DNA of 64,000 nucleotides from a virus (IMGVR_UViG_3300009151_000041:1-64000); one strand, 5' to 3'; shown: positions 1-9,072, counted from the stretch's first letter. Made by a program: numbers and translations. Notes: generated from the sequence alone by a model not told the origin.

Positions 1-2
1 AC

Positions 3-536
3 ATACAAGTTAAGAGTGGTGCCATCAAATGTGCCCACAATCTGATACCAGTTTCCAGGTGTTAATGTATATGCTGGAGTAGCTTGAAATCCCCCGCTAT
101 AATACCAGGCAGATAACTCAGTAGCACCATTGGTTGAACCCAGGCCAAGATTGATAGTGCCGCCGCCATACGGATATTCTGTGAATATGTTGGGTCCAGC
201 AGGAGTATTAGTTCCATCATAGTAATGCCAGGCTTCGATTGACCACGCGGCAAGTGTGCCCAAGTTTGTGGCGCTGGCTGCATACTGTCCTGACCCAGGA
301 TCAAACTGTATGTATCCACCGTTGGCACTGTTGTATGTGGGACCGTTAACAAGAGTAAATGTCATTCCTCCAACTGTGTCAGTCCATGTAGAGTAGCCCC
401 CTGCTCCAGGATAACTTGCTGGATTGCCAGCGTCTAAACTTAATACCACTCCGGCTGGGGCGGGCAATGGCACATTGCCCACTGTGATTCCGCCCTCTAA
501 TGTGATTCCGCCTTGAATTGTTACTGGTGCTACCAT
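3..536 (-). CDS. LamG/concanavalin-A-like lectin virion accessory protein, truncated at the window edge (not in ORF track)
   Basis: Manual translation from ATG 536: MVAPVTIQGGITLEGGITVGNVPLP...LDAGNPASYPG...WSIEAW...WYQIVGTFDGTTLNLYV, open to the edge. AAGGA RBS and TAAATA upstream. Confidence 0.8.
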   Translation of the reverse strand, partial: MVAPVTIQGGITLEGGITVGNVPLPAPAGVVLSLDAGNPASYPGAGGYSTWTDTVGGMTFTLVNGPTYNSANGGYIQFDPGSGQYAASATNLGTLAAWSIEAWHYYDGTNTPAGPNIFTEYPYGGGTINLGLGSTNGATELSAWYYSGGFQATPAYTLTPGNWYQIVGTFDGTTLNLY

Positions 537-554
537 ATCAGTCCTTTATTTGAA

Positions 555-560
555 TATTTA
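555..560 (-). promoter_or_regulatory. T4-like late promoter core TAAATA
   Basis: Intergenic TAAATA upstream of the LamG gene; the motif recurs upstream of many structural genes. Confidence 0.6.
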
Positions 561-605
561 TGGCAAATCAAACAAGATAATTTCTGACTCTGACATTTTT
601 TCAGT

Positions 606-1673
606 TTAGGCATAACACACTTCTGATTCCATGCGTTCTAATCTAGCCACATATTTGCTAATGGTTTCAATTGGTTGCTGTTGTTCACGCAGGCGCAATC
701 CATCAACCCACCGACTGTCAATATCAGCAAACTCTGATAGTGAACGCAATGCACGGCCGTCTTTCACAAACTTCATTTCGTTAATATCATACACATTGTT
801 AAATCTCAAACTGGTTAATATACCATTGGCATATAAATTCATATGATAATCCGTGATTACATTGTAATAATTAACAGTCTCATCTACCACAGTCTTGCCA
901 ATCAATGAGACTTCTTCGCCTTGTGCATTCACTGTGATGGTACCAATTGGGGTGTCATCAGTCATTGGATAAGTGAATGCTCCAGCTTGTTTGTTGAAGA
1001 TCCTGTGCTGATTGATAGTTTTAAGAGTCGACCCATCACTGAATGTCAACAGATTATAGCGAGCAGTTGTTTCTTGTTGTTTGATCCATAGCGGATGTGC
1101 AGAGGCAAATACACCATTATCAAAGTCCCAAACTTTGATCAAGTCAGACATTTGAATATTTTCAATGGCGGTTGTGCTTTCATCTGCCAGTGTGATCAAT
1201 GTGCCTTCGGCCAAACATATCTCTGGCATCCAACTCAATACAGTAGGACTATATGCAACACCTGCACTATTTACAGCATAGGCCAGCACATTGATTGTCT
1301 CACTAGGATATACAAACTCACTTGCACTAAAACTAATAGTTTGACTGCCAGTTAGTCCTGTTGTATAAGGCCCTGGACAACCACCAGTTCTAATGGCAGT
1401 TCTTTCTGCTGATGAACTTGATCCAGTGCAACTGTCTGTACTCAACGCATAAGTTGTTTGTCCTGGTAATCCGTAAATAACTCCAGTTTCAAGAACAGTG
1501 CTGCCACCATCATTGGTAATATTAAATGTTATTGATCCATTGGGATTGCCGCTGCCAAAAGAGTGTGCAGTGATATCCAGGGTGGGAATATTCACCACTG
1601 GGGGTTCTGCCCCTATATTGATTCCGCCGCCGATGTTGATTCCGCCGCCTATTGCTATTCCTGGTGCTGACAT
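606..1673 (-). CDS. Virion accessory protein: N-terminal anchor motif, FN3-like domain and Hint (intein/hedgehog-like) domain
   Basis: CLAEGTLITLAD (block A), TINQH (block B-like), YYNV...NLYANGILTS (blocks F/G without the terminal HN). Confidence 0.8.
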   Translation of the reverse strand: MSAPGIAIGGGINIGGGINIGAEPPVVNIPTLDITAHSFGSGNPNGSITFNITNDGGSTVLETGVIYGLPGQTTYALSTDSCTGSSSSAERTAIRTGGCPGPYTTGLTGSQTISFSASEFVYPSETINVLAYAVNSAGVAYSPTVLSWMPEICLAEGTLITLADESTTAIENIQMSDLIKVWDFDNGVFASAHPLWIKQQETTARYNLLTFSDGSTLKTINQHRIFNKQAGAFTYPMTDDTPIGTITVNAQGEEVSLIGKTVVDETVNYYNVITDYHMNLYANGILTSLRFNNVYDINEMKFVKDGRALRSLSEFADIDSRWVDGLRLREQQQPIETISKYVARLERMESEVCYA

Positions 1674-1692
1674 GATTGTTCCTTGTTGTTAT

Positions 1693-2796
1693 TTAATTAC
1701 TGACTGAGTATAGCCAGTTGGTGCTGCTATCTGCCCCTGTTGCTACAAATGTGCTGGTTGCTGTGTTCCATACCACTCCCCGCAGGTATCCTACCGCAGC
1801 ACTGCCATTCAATAGTGTTGGCACACTCCAGTCAGTGCCGTTGGTTGTTGTTAGATATATTGGTTCGCTGGTTGCTCCCACTTGAAGTTGCCCAACTCCC
1901 ACAATCACACCAAATGGACCTTCTGCTAGTGATACTATTGTTGCAGCACTGGTAGAACCAGCCATTGTGACCGGAGAAGTCCATGTGGTGCCGTCTGGTG
2001 AGGTAGCATATGCAAGGCTGCCAGGTATGGAGCCAATTGTAATAAACAACTCATAGTAGTCTGACCATACGACTGATCGTGGCGGAAAGCCCGAGCCAGG
2101 CATTGCAGCCGCAGCCCATGTGCTACCATTTGCAGAGTAAGCATACCAAGGAGCACTATCAAATGAGTTGTATCCTGTCACAACAAAATTTCCTGCAGTG
2201 TTCACAGTTATAGCTGCACTAGTAAAGAATACTCCACTTGCAGCACCAGGAATAGATGTGGGTGTGGTCCAAGTTTCGCCGTCTGTGGATGTCATGTAAG
2301 CAGGAACACCGCCGGCCATTTGCATGATTGCTGCAAACACTCCGGCACTGTTAACTGTCAATGCCCATATATTACCAACTGTTGTGGAGCTGCATACTGC
2401 GGCAGTGGTCCAATTGACTCCATCAGCTGAAGTAGTGTATATAGGATATGAATTAGGATTACCATTGGTGCCAATTGCCAAGAAGTAATTGTGATAACTT
2501 GACCAGGTCACACGAGTTATGAATGTACTGCCAGATACCCTCAAAGCTGGACCAGTCCATGTGGCGCCGTCTCCTGACACAGCACTGCCAAAGTTGCCGC
2601 CATTATTGCCAACTGATACAATCAGTCCTGATAAATCAATTGCAGTGCCGTTGGGCTGCAGGAGAGATGTGAACGCACCTGAATTCATTATGGTGGGGGT
2701 GCCAAAGGTCACTGCTGGGGATGGTGGTCCAGCGGGTGGCGAAGTTATTAAAATTCCCTCACCAATATCTATCCCGGGTCCAATTGTGATTGTCAT
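1693..2796 (-). CDS. BNR/Asp-box beta-propeller virion accessory protein
   Basis: Repeated S-x-D-G-x-T-W motifs; shared N-terminal GxGIxIGxGI motif. Confidence 0.7.
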   Translation of the reverse strand: MTITIGPGIDIGEGILITSPPAGPPSPAVTFGTPTIMNSGAFTSLLQPNGTAIDLSGLIVSVGNNGGNFGSAVSGDGATWTGPALRVSGSTFITRVTWSSYHNYFLAIGTNGNPNSYPIYTTSADGVNWTTAAVCSSTTVGNIWALTVNSAGVFAAIMQMAGGVPAYMTSTDGETWTTPTSIPGAASGVFFTSAAITVNTAGNFVVTGYNSFDSAPWYAYSANGSTWAAAAMPGSGFPPRSVVWSDYYELFITIGSIPGSLAYATSPDGTTWTSPVTMAGSTSAATIVSLAEGPFGVIVGVGQLQVGATSEPIYLTTTNGTDWSVPTLLNGSAAVGYLRGVVWNTATSTFVATGADSSTNWLYSVSN

Positions 2797-2799
2797 TGT

Positions 2800-3414
2800 T
2801 TATGCTCCTAGCACATGTAGTGCGTGTTCTGTGTGGCTGATTCGATCTTCCAGGCCAATATAGCCACCATTGATGGCCTTGGTCAATCCTTTCACATCGT
2901 TGGCATCAGCAAATCGGTTCAAGTTGTTCTGTTCCCAGAACCAACAGGCTGACTGTGCTGCACCTTCAAATGTGGCTAGATATTCTGCTGCTTCTTCTAC
3001 TGGAATGCTGAGTGATCCTGCAAAGAATGTGTAATTGTCTCGGCCGGTCAACTGTATTAGGCCACGCCCGCAGTATCTGTATCCATCGCCAGACGATTCG
3101 GGACCATTGCCCATTCTGTTGGCGTAGATTCTATTGGCAATCTGTTCGGGTCGATTGGCATATTGTGCTGCCAAATCCCCAGTGGGAAAATACTTGGCAA
3201 AAAGTTTTTGTAGGCTGGCAGCCTTGTAGTTGAGATTTTCTTTGATGAAAACAAAGTTGCCTGACTCATGAGCGCACTGTGCAACAAAATGTGCCACTCT
3301 TAACGGTGTGTTGATTTCATAATCATCCAACAGCTGATCCAGTGCTTCGTGCCAGTGATCAATATAGGGATTCTTCACCATTTGTTTTAGTTGTTCTAGT
3401 GCGAGCATGCTCAT
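2800..3414 (-). CDS. Glycoside hydrolase family 19 endolysin
   Basis: AQCAHESGNF..ENLNY, YCGRGLIQLTGRDNY and INGGYIGLEDR motifs. Confidence 0.9.
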   Translation of the reverse strand: MSMLALEQLKQMVKNPYIDHWHEALDQLLDDYEINTPLRVAHFVAQCAHESGNFVFIKENLNYKAASLQKLFAKYFPTGDLAAQYANRPEQIANRIYANRMGNGPESSGDGYRYCGRGLIQLTGRDNYTFFAGSLSIPVEEAAEYLATFEGAAQSACWFWEQNNLNRFADANDVKGLTKAINGGYIGLEDRISHTEHALHVLGA

Positions 3415-3430
3415 GGTAGTTCTCAGTCAG

Positions 3431-3784
3431 TCACAGTGTGGCATCCACCCAAGATAGGGTATCTTCATCCCAGACATACAGTTTGCCATCTGTGGGCATG
3501 TCAACAGGTGCATGCCACAAGCAGGTTGATTCGTTCAGTGTCCAGCTCGCAAACGGCTGGGGAGGAATGAATGCGTCACGCTCGCTATCATAAACAAATC
3601 CTATGCCAGCATAATTCTTTCGCAATGGGGTGCCACCCAAAACATGCACACCGCCCCTTGTGTTATAACTGGTTTGAACAAATGAACTTGGATCGCCAAA
3701 CAATCCAGTGTCCACTGTTGGTTGATCTATCACTATCACTCTGGTGACAATGTTTTTTTCATCTATCTGTGCAAAATGCGACAT
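3431..3784 (-). CDS. Conserved phage protein usually found with glycine-rich fibre genes (possible assembly chaperone)
   Basis: MSHFAQID..NIVTRVIV, TSYN, RKNYAGIG..YD..RDAFIPPQP..W pattern; lies directly downstream of the Gly-rich paralogs. Confidence 0.65.
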   Translation of the reverse strand: MSHFAQIDEKNIVTRVIVIDQPTVDTGLFGDPSSFVQTSYNTRGGVHVLGGTPLRKNYAGIGFVYDSERDAFIPPQPFASWTLNESTCLWHAPVDMPTDGKLYVWDEDTLSWVDATL

Positions 3785-3798
3785 TCTATATCTCCTTG

Positions 3799-4740
3799 TT
3801 AAATTGTTAAACTGCCAGAACTGGTAAAAATATATGTTCTGTATCCATTGGCCACACTCAATGACGGACTACCTGTGGTACTGGTTGCATTTGCATATGA
3901 GTCTGAGTAACGGATAATAACCACACCCTTGCCACCATTACCGCCAAAATAACTGCCACCGCCAAAATAGGCTGCGCCACCACCACCACCACCGGTGTTC
4001 ACAGTGCCATTAGTACCGGGACCGGTTGTGGTAGAAGAACCACCACCACCTGAACCACCTACTCCGGCCGTGCCGCTGTTGACTCCTCCACCGCCACCGC
4101 CACCTGCAAAATACACACTTGAGCTAACCACTTGACCTACTGAGTAAGTGGTGGCTTGTGTGGTGGTGATAATTGTGCTTGTGGTGCCTACACCACCGTT
4201 GCCACCAGCCGTGCCAACTGCATCAGCTCCTACTGCACCTGCTCCACCGCCCCCGCCACCAGAGTTACTCGAGCCACCATTTCCACCGCGATTGCCTGAT
4301 CCACCTGATGCACTGCTGGGTTGTAACGCATTTCCATAATGTGTAAGATCGGCACCGTTCCAACTGGCACCACCACCTGAACCACCTGCTGTGGCATTAG
4401 TGTATGGGCTGTAAAATCCACCTGTGCCGCCGCCAATGGCTGTAACATTGCCAAAACTGTTTGAAATAATTGAGTTTATGCCATTATTGCCGCCCCCGCC
4501 ACTAACCCCGGTGCCGCCAGCTCCCACGGTAACTGTTATTGCCGAACCCTGGGTTACTGAAAATCCTATGTTAGCTACATAGCCACCTGCACCACCACCA
4601 CCGCAACCTAAATTAGTTGCACTTGCACCTGAGCCGCCGCCGGCAACCACCAAGTATTCAACGCTGCTGAGCACAGCAACGGGTGATGTCACAAGTACTC
4701 CGCCGCCAAATACTACTCCGCCTGTAACTGTTATTCCCAT
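3799..4740 (-). CDS. Glycine-rich domain virion protein (paralog 1)
   Basis: VEYLVVAGGG...GGxGVVIIRY architecture. Confidence 0.8.
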   Translation of the reverse strand: MGITVTGGVVFGGGVLVTSPVAVLSSVEYLVVAGGGSGASATNLGCGGGGAGGYVANIGFSVTQGSAITVTVGAGGTGVSGGGGNNGINSIISNSFGNVTAIGGGTGGFYSPYTNATAGGSGGGASWNGADLTHYGNALQPSSASGGSGNRGGNGGSSNSGGGGGGAGAVGADAVGTAGGNGGVGTTSTIITTTQATTYSVGQVVSSSVYFAGGGGGGGVNSGTAGVGGSGGGGSSTTTGPGTNGTVNTGGGGGGAAYFGGGSYFGGNGGKGVVIIRYSDSYANATSTTGSPSLSVANGYRTYIFTSSGSLTI

Positions 4741-4779
4741 GATATTTTCCTACGTTGTTGTGTGGTCATGTGCGATTTC

Positions 4780-5709
4780 TTAGAATGTGATTGAGCCGGA
4801 AGTGATCCATTTATACACTCTATATCCACCGCTAACAACAGGATATCCAGCTGCTAAGTTTGTGGTAGAGGTGGCTGCTGCAAATGAGTCGGCGTAGCGA
4901 AGGAAAACTACGCCAGAGCCGCCTGCTAGTCCGTTTCCGGCAGCTGCATTACCACCACCACCACCACCACCACCAGTGTTAGCAGATCCTGCTGTGCCCG
5001 GAGTGTCCTGATTTGCACCATTGCCGCCGCCGCCTGATGCAGGAGTTGTCCCGCCGCCGTAGCCGCCGCGTGTGGTCCCAATGTAGTGCCCGCCGCCACC
5101 CCCGCCGCCACCATACAATACACTTGATCCTGATATAGCACTGCTGGCAGCTATACCGCCGTCGCCGGCAGGGCCAGTTCCGGTTGTGTCTGCATTTCCT
5201 CCCGTGCCGCCAGCGCCACCACCACCACCACCTTGTTGGTGCCTTCCGCTAACTTGTGCGCCGTATCCTCCTGCATATCCTTGTACAGGAGGTCCCGCTG
5301 TGCCGGAACCGCCTGCACTGCCTAATACACCACTGGTCGGTCCGGATCCACCACCGCCACCTGAACCACCTGAACCACCTGCTTGATCTCCTATTGTACC
5401 ATAGTTTCCATAACCACCGCCAATAGCTGTTACAGTTGCAAATACACTGTTTGATCCAGGATTGCCAGTGGTACTGGCTGCAACACCTGTTCCGCCACCA
5501 CCAACTGTGACTGTGTACGGAGTGCCGAGAGCAATAGCAAATCCTGTGGCAGTTCTAAACCCGCCAGCGCCGCCGCCGCCGCCACCAGTTGACCCGCCTC
5601 CCGAGCCGCCACCAGCGACCACCAGATATTCAACCAGTGGCACACCTGACGGTAATGTCACACTGACTCCGCTGCCAAATGTCACTCCGCCTGTAATTGT
5701 TATTCCCAT
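4780..5709 (-). CDS. Glycine-rich domain virion protein (paralog 2)
   Basis: Same architecture; 3' end nearly identical to paralog 3. Confidence 0.8.
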   Translation of the reverse strand: MGITITGGVTFGSGVSVTLPSGVPLVEYLVVAGGGSGGGSTGGGGGGAGGFRTATGFAIALGTPYTVTVGGGGTGVAASTTGNPGSNSVFATVTAIGGGYGNYGTIGDQAGGSGGSGGGGGSGPTSGVLGSAGGSGTAGPPVQGYAGGYGAQVSGRHQQGGGGGGAGGTGGNADTTGTGPAGDGGIAASSAISGSSVLYGGGGGGGGHYIGTTRGGYGGGTTPASGGGGNGANQDTPGTAGSANTGGGGGGGGNAAAGNGLAGGSGVVFLRYADSFAAATSTTNLAAGYPVVSGGYRVYKWITSGSITF

Positions 5710-5743
5710 GTTATTTTCCCATGTTGTTGTTTATATTGATTTC

Positions 5744-6634
5744 TTAGAATGTGATTGTTCCGGAAGTGATCCATTTGTACACTCTATATCCACCTGCAAC
5801 CACTGGATAGCCGGCTGATAAGTTTGTGGTGGATGTGGCTGCTGCAAATGTATCTGCATAACGAATAACCACCACACCGTCGCCGCCTGATGCTCCTCCT
5901 AAAGAGTCAATACCACCGCCACCACCGCCACCTGTATTTACAGTGCCAGCCACTGCACTAGTTGGGCTAATTGGGCTAGTTGCACCTGCACCACCGCCTC
6001 CTGTGCCGCCCGCAGAAACAGCACCGGTGTTATAAGAGCCACCGCCGCCACCTCCAGCATAGGTGTTGGATGTGCCTGTTATTGAGCTTGCAGTTCCCGC
6101 ACCACCGGTCCCGCCCTGGCCTGTGCCAGGAACATTTTGACCCACAGCACTGGCACCACCTCCGCCACCACCTGAACTGTAGCCACCAAGGCCACCGTCT
6201 TTGCCTTGACCAACTGTTCCTGTTCCTCCAGCAGTAGAACTCGAATTATTTTGACCGCCACCACCGCCTGAACCACCGTTTCTGCCTGCTCCAGCACTAT
6301 ATCCGCCACCACCACCACCTCCGGTAGAGGTCACACTAGAAAATACAGAATTTGTTCCATCAGTACCAAATTGTGTGCCAGACGCTGCGCCGGGACCGCC
6401 ACCGCCAACTGTTACTGTGATGGGTGTGCTGGCTGCTACCGTAAAACCTGTGGCAGTTCTAAACCCACCTGCGCCACCACCGCCACCAACTCCGGCACCA
6501 GCTGTATGTGCGCCCCCGCCACCACCACCTGCAACTACTAAGTATTCAACTGTTGAAGGTGCATTTGCGCCCGTAGGCGATGACAATGTCATTCCGTTGC
6601 CAAGTACCATTCCGCCTGTGATAGTCATTCCCAT
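5744..6634 (-). CDS. Glycine-rich domain virion protein (paralog 3)
   Basis: Start placed at MGMTITGG by analogy with the paralogs. Confidence 0.8.
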   Translation of the reverse strand: MGMTITGGMVLGNGMTLSSPTGANAPSTVEYLVVAGGGGGGAHTAGAGVGGGGGAGGFRTATGFTVAASTPITVTVGGGGPGAASGTQFGTDGTNSVFSSVTSTGGGGGGGYSAGAGRNGGSGGGGGQNNSSSTAGGTGTVGQGKDGGLGGYSSGGGGGGASAVGQNVPGTGQGGTGGAGTASSITGTSNTYAGGGGGGSYNTGAVSAGGTGGGGAGATSPISPTSAVAGTVNTGGGGGGGIDSLGGASGGDGVVVIRYADTFAAATSTTNLSAGYPVVAGGYRVYKWITSGTITF

Positions 6635-6635
6635 G

Positions 6636-6962
6636 TTATTTGCCTGCACTTTCAAATATCGTTTTCTGTTGTGAATACCATTGTATCCAAGCATCCAGTT
6701 TCACAGCACACTCATAGTAGCTGCTGTAGTTCACGCTGATGGTGTTACTTACTTCACTCAGCTGTGGTTGGTCTTTTATTTTCTGCAAATCCGGACAGGC
6801 CTGCTGATATGTAGCACCGGGTGCTGCCGGGAATGCCGCAGCAACAGGTACCACAGTGGCACATCCCCCACACATGGCCAGCATCAATAACAGCACAATA
6901 ATTATTCCAATTGTGATGCTGCGTTGTGCTTGTTCTTTTTGATCAATCATCAGCAGTTCCAC
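6636..6962 (-). CDS. Putative o-spanin (Rz1-like lipoprotein)
   Basis: Hydrophobic signal with lipobox-like GGC, Pro-rich linker, ACPDL...NY..YYEC..K..AW..WY. Confidence 0.65.
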   Translation of the reverse strand: MELLMIDQKEQAQRSITIGIIIVLLLMLAMCGGCATVVPVAAAFPAAPGATYQQACPDLQKIKDQPQLSEVSNTISVNYSSYYECAVKLDAWIQWYSQQKTIFESAGK

Positions 6963-7795
6963 CGTCTACGAGCTTTGCAGATGGCCTTGTCCGGAGTCTT
7001 GCTGCATGAGATGCTGTGCATTTTCATTTGTCCACGGCTGCGTGAACAGTAGCTTGATCTACGCTTGGATGCCTTGGAGCCCTTCTTCAGCTTGGAGGGC
7101 TTGGTGGTCACAGCAGTCTTTAGTTTTGAACCCGGATGCTCTCTACGATAGGTATTCACAGCTTTTTGACTCATGCCGTCTGTCTTGTCACGCTTGTTGG
7201 CCTTTTGCCAGGCTTCAGATTCCATCAGTGGGTCAGATGTCACAGCAAACACATACAGCTCATCTTCTGTGAGACTTTCTAAATCCTCCCATACTACATC
7301 AGCATCCACACCATTGTGCTGGGCAATCTGTTCCACAATTGATTCAATCAGGTCAAATTCTTCAGCAAGTTCTGTGTGTTCCGCCACACCTTGCTGACCA
7401 ATTTGTACCAGCCATTCTAATTCGTCATCGGCATCTTTGACATTGAAGAATTTGACATTGGGGATTTTCTTGGCAGCAAACCATTTATTGGCCACTTTGA
7501 CCATTAACGCACGATGTTGTGGATCATTAACATCTGGTTCGTAGCCTCCTGTTAAGTTTGCCCATAACGCACTTGGGTTGCCATCCCTGTCATAACCTAA
7601 CAATTCACGCCACTGTTGTTGTAAGCGGCCTGGTACATACTGGTCTAACTCAGTATCACTCATCCATTCTTTACCGATATCAACAGCCTCCGCCACACCT
7701 TGCTTGGGCTTTTTACCAGCCTTTTTCATTGAAATAGCAATGGCTGCTTGTTGAGCAGGGTTTGCTGCTTCTGTAATGATATCTGTTACTTTCAT
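6950..7795 (-). CDS. Modular, putative capsid-internal protein with Glu-terminated segments and a basic Cys-containing C-terminal domain
   Basis: MKVTDIITE leader, two QGVAE motifs, basic tail RRSSYCSRS.G...ARRRWNC. Confidence 0.6.
   Translation of the reverse strand: MKVTDIITEAANPAQQAAIAISMKKAGKKPKQGVAEAVDIGKEWMSDTELDQYVPGRLQQQWRELLGYDRDGNPSALWANLTGGYEPDVNDPQHRALMVKVANKWFAAKKIPNVKFFNVKDADDELEWLVQIGQQGVAEHTELAEEFDLIESIVEQIAQHNGVDADVVWEDLESLTEDELYVFAVTSDPLMESEAWQKANKRDKTDGMSQKAVNTYRREHPGSKLKTAVTTKPSKLKKGSKASKRRSSYCSRSRGQMKMHSISCSKTPDKAICKARRRWNC
7380..7704. repeat. 16-bp direct repeat TCCGCCACACCTTGCT at 7380-7395 and 7689-7704, 309 bp apart (in frame)
   Basis: Read directly from the sequence; each copy lies over a QGVAE motif on the minus strand. 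Confidence 0.85.
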
Positions 7796-8250
7796 CGTGC
7801 TCTCTCCGCTGATTGATTGTGAGCTCTAACAAATTCCTGTGGAATTTCACACTGCCCACCGGGCATGAACTTTGTGTCATATTTAACCACTTCTCGATCA
7901 ATGTACTGTCGAACAATCTGTGTTTGTCCGCGAATTACACGAATCTTTTCCTGTGCTGCTGTGTCTATCTTTGTATTGGTCGCTGCACTCTTTTGTTCAG
8001 CCACTGCCAGCTTGGCTTCTACTTCTGCCACACGCTCGCGCCACTCTGCTTCCACAGCCAAACCGCCACGAAAGTAAACCCCTATGATCAAAAGTGCAAT
8101 GCCCAGGACTCGAAAGGGCAACTGATATTGCCATATGACGGGAATGCGATGTGCCAACAAGCCTGCCGCAGTAAGTACCAAACCCGCCAGCAGCAGAATG
8201 TTACAGAACCATAAGATCAAGGCGTCCGGAAGAAAGTGTAAAATCCACAT
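7792..8250 (-). CDS. Putative i-spanin (Rz-like)
   Basis: N-terminal TM helices, coiled coil, C-terminal Cys (CEIP); near the o-spanin candidate; TAAATA at 8256-8261. Confidence 0.65.
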   Translation of the reverse strand: MWILHFLPDALILWFCNILLLAGLVLTAAGLLAHRIPVIWQYQLPFRVLGIALLIIGVYFRGGLAVEAEWRERVAEVEAKLAVAEQKSAATNTKIDTAAQEKIRVIRGQTQIVRQYIDREVVKYDTKFMPGGQCEIPQEFVRAHNQSAERAR

Positions 8251-8275
8251 GCCAGTATTTAGCTGGTATCATGTT

Positions 8276-9070
8276 CTACTTTAATCCAAGTTCTTTTCGG
8301 ATCTTAGTAGCAGAAATATCTGTAATTGACTCGTCAAAAGACTCTTCACCAGCGGTGTAGCCCACGCCACGGCCCCAGCCAATATGCACGATATTGGGCA
8401 CCACTTGTATTTCATACTGGCCTTGATATAATGGATCTAAGTCACGTCGAATAAAACTCCGGACTCGTTCCACTTCAAATGGATTAGAACCCTGCCAGCC
8501 CTGCACATCTCTCACTTGAATAACAACTTGCCCGGTTTTTTTCAACAGTCGTTCAAACAGTGCACGATGTCCATCATGCCAGGGCTGCCAGCGACCCAGC
8601 ATTTGCACAGTTTCACGTTTGAAGTCAAATGTAGGACGCCGACGATTGTCTATAATGTGCTCTTTAATAAAGTCAGCCCATTTTTCACAGTTTTGTTCTG
8701 GCACACGAAAATCATAAACATCTGGTTCCACAAACATGGCATTGGTATCAGCGTAACGACCTTCACGGATGGTGTCCATCCATATGCACCAATCTGCTTT
8801 GAATACATTGCGCATTTCCACCAAGGGCGCCACAAAGTCCGCAATCATATAATCGTATGCTGACAGCTTGTCGGCCAGTTCTCTCATTCTTCGTGCTTGA
8901 CGAATGCGTCCTGACTCTGAAAAGTCCCAGTCATTATATTGTTCGCGGATTTCGTCTGCGTTCAGCCAACCCACCACTTTGCCGGCGGCTTCTAGTTGTG
9001 CTCGCAATTCCCGTGCCAGTGTGGTTTTACCCGAGCCTGGCAGGCCCATGATTAAGATGCGTTGTGCCAT
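8276..9070 (-). CDS. APS-kinase-like P-loop kinase fused to an HxGH nucleotidyltransferase
   Basis: GLPGSGKTT, LNADEIR, DFSESGRIRQARR (CysC-like); GRWQPWHDGH and ISATKIR (cytidylyltransferase-like superfamily). Confidence 0.8.
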   Translation of the reverse strand: MAQRILIMGLPGSGKTTLARELRAQLEAAGKVVGWLNADEIREQYNDWDFSESGRIRQARRMRELADKLSAYDYMIADFVAPLVEMRNVFKADWCIWMDTIREGRYADTNAMFVEPDVYDFRVPEQNCEKWADFIKEHIIDNRRRPTFDFKRETVQMLGRWQPWHDGHRALFERLLKKTGQVVIQVRDVQGWQGSNPFEVERVRSFIRRDLDPLYQGQYEIQVVPNIVHIGWGRGVGYTAGEESFDESITDISATKIRKELGLK

Positions 9071-9072
9071 TT

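Noticed and set aside
62-352. 96-aa minus-strand ORF in the track
   Set aside because: Out of frame inside the LamG-like gene that starts at 536.
810-1217. Hint domain as a mobile splicing intein
   Set aside because: No terminal His-Asn plus nucleophile, no homing endonuclease, and not inserted in a conserved enzyme.
3799-6634. Diversity-generating retroelement acting on the paralog 3' ends
   Set aside because: No reverse transcriptase in the window, both repeats are coding, and the differences are not adenine-specific.
4148-6674. Plus-strand poly-proline ORFs
   Set aside because: Reverse complement of poly-Gly codons in the Gly-rich genes.
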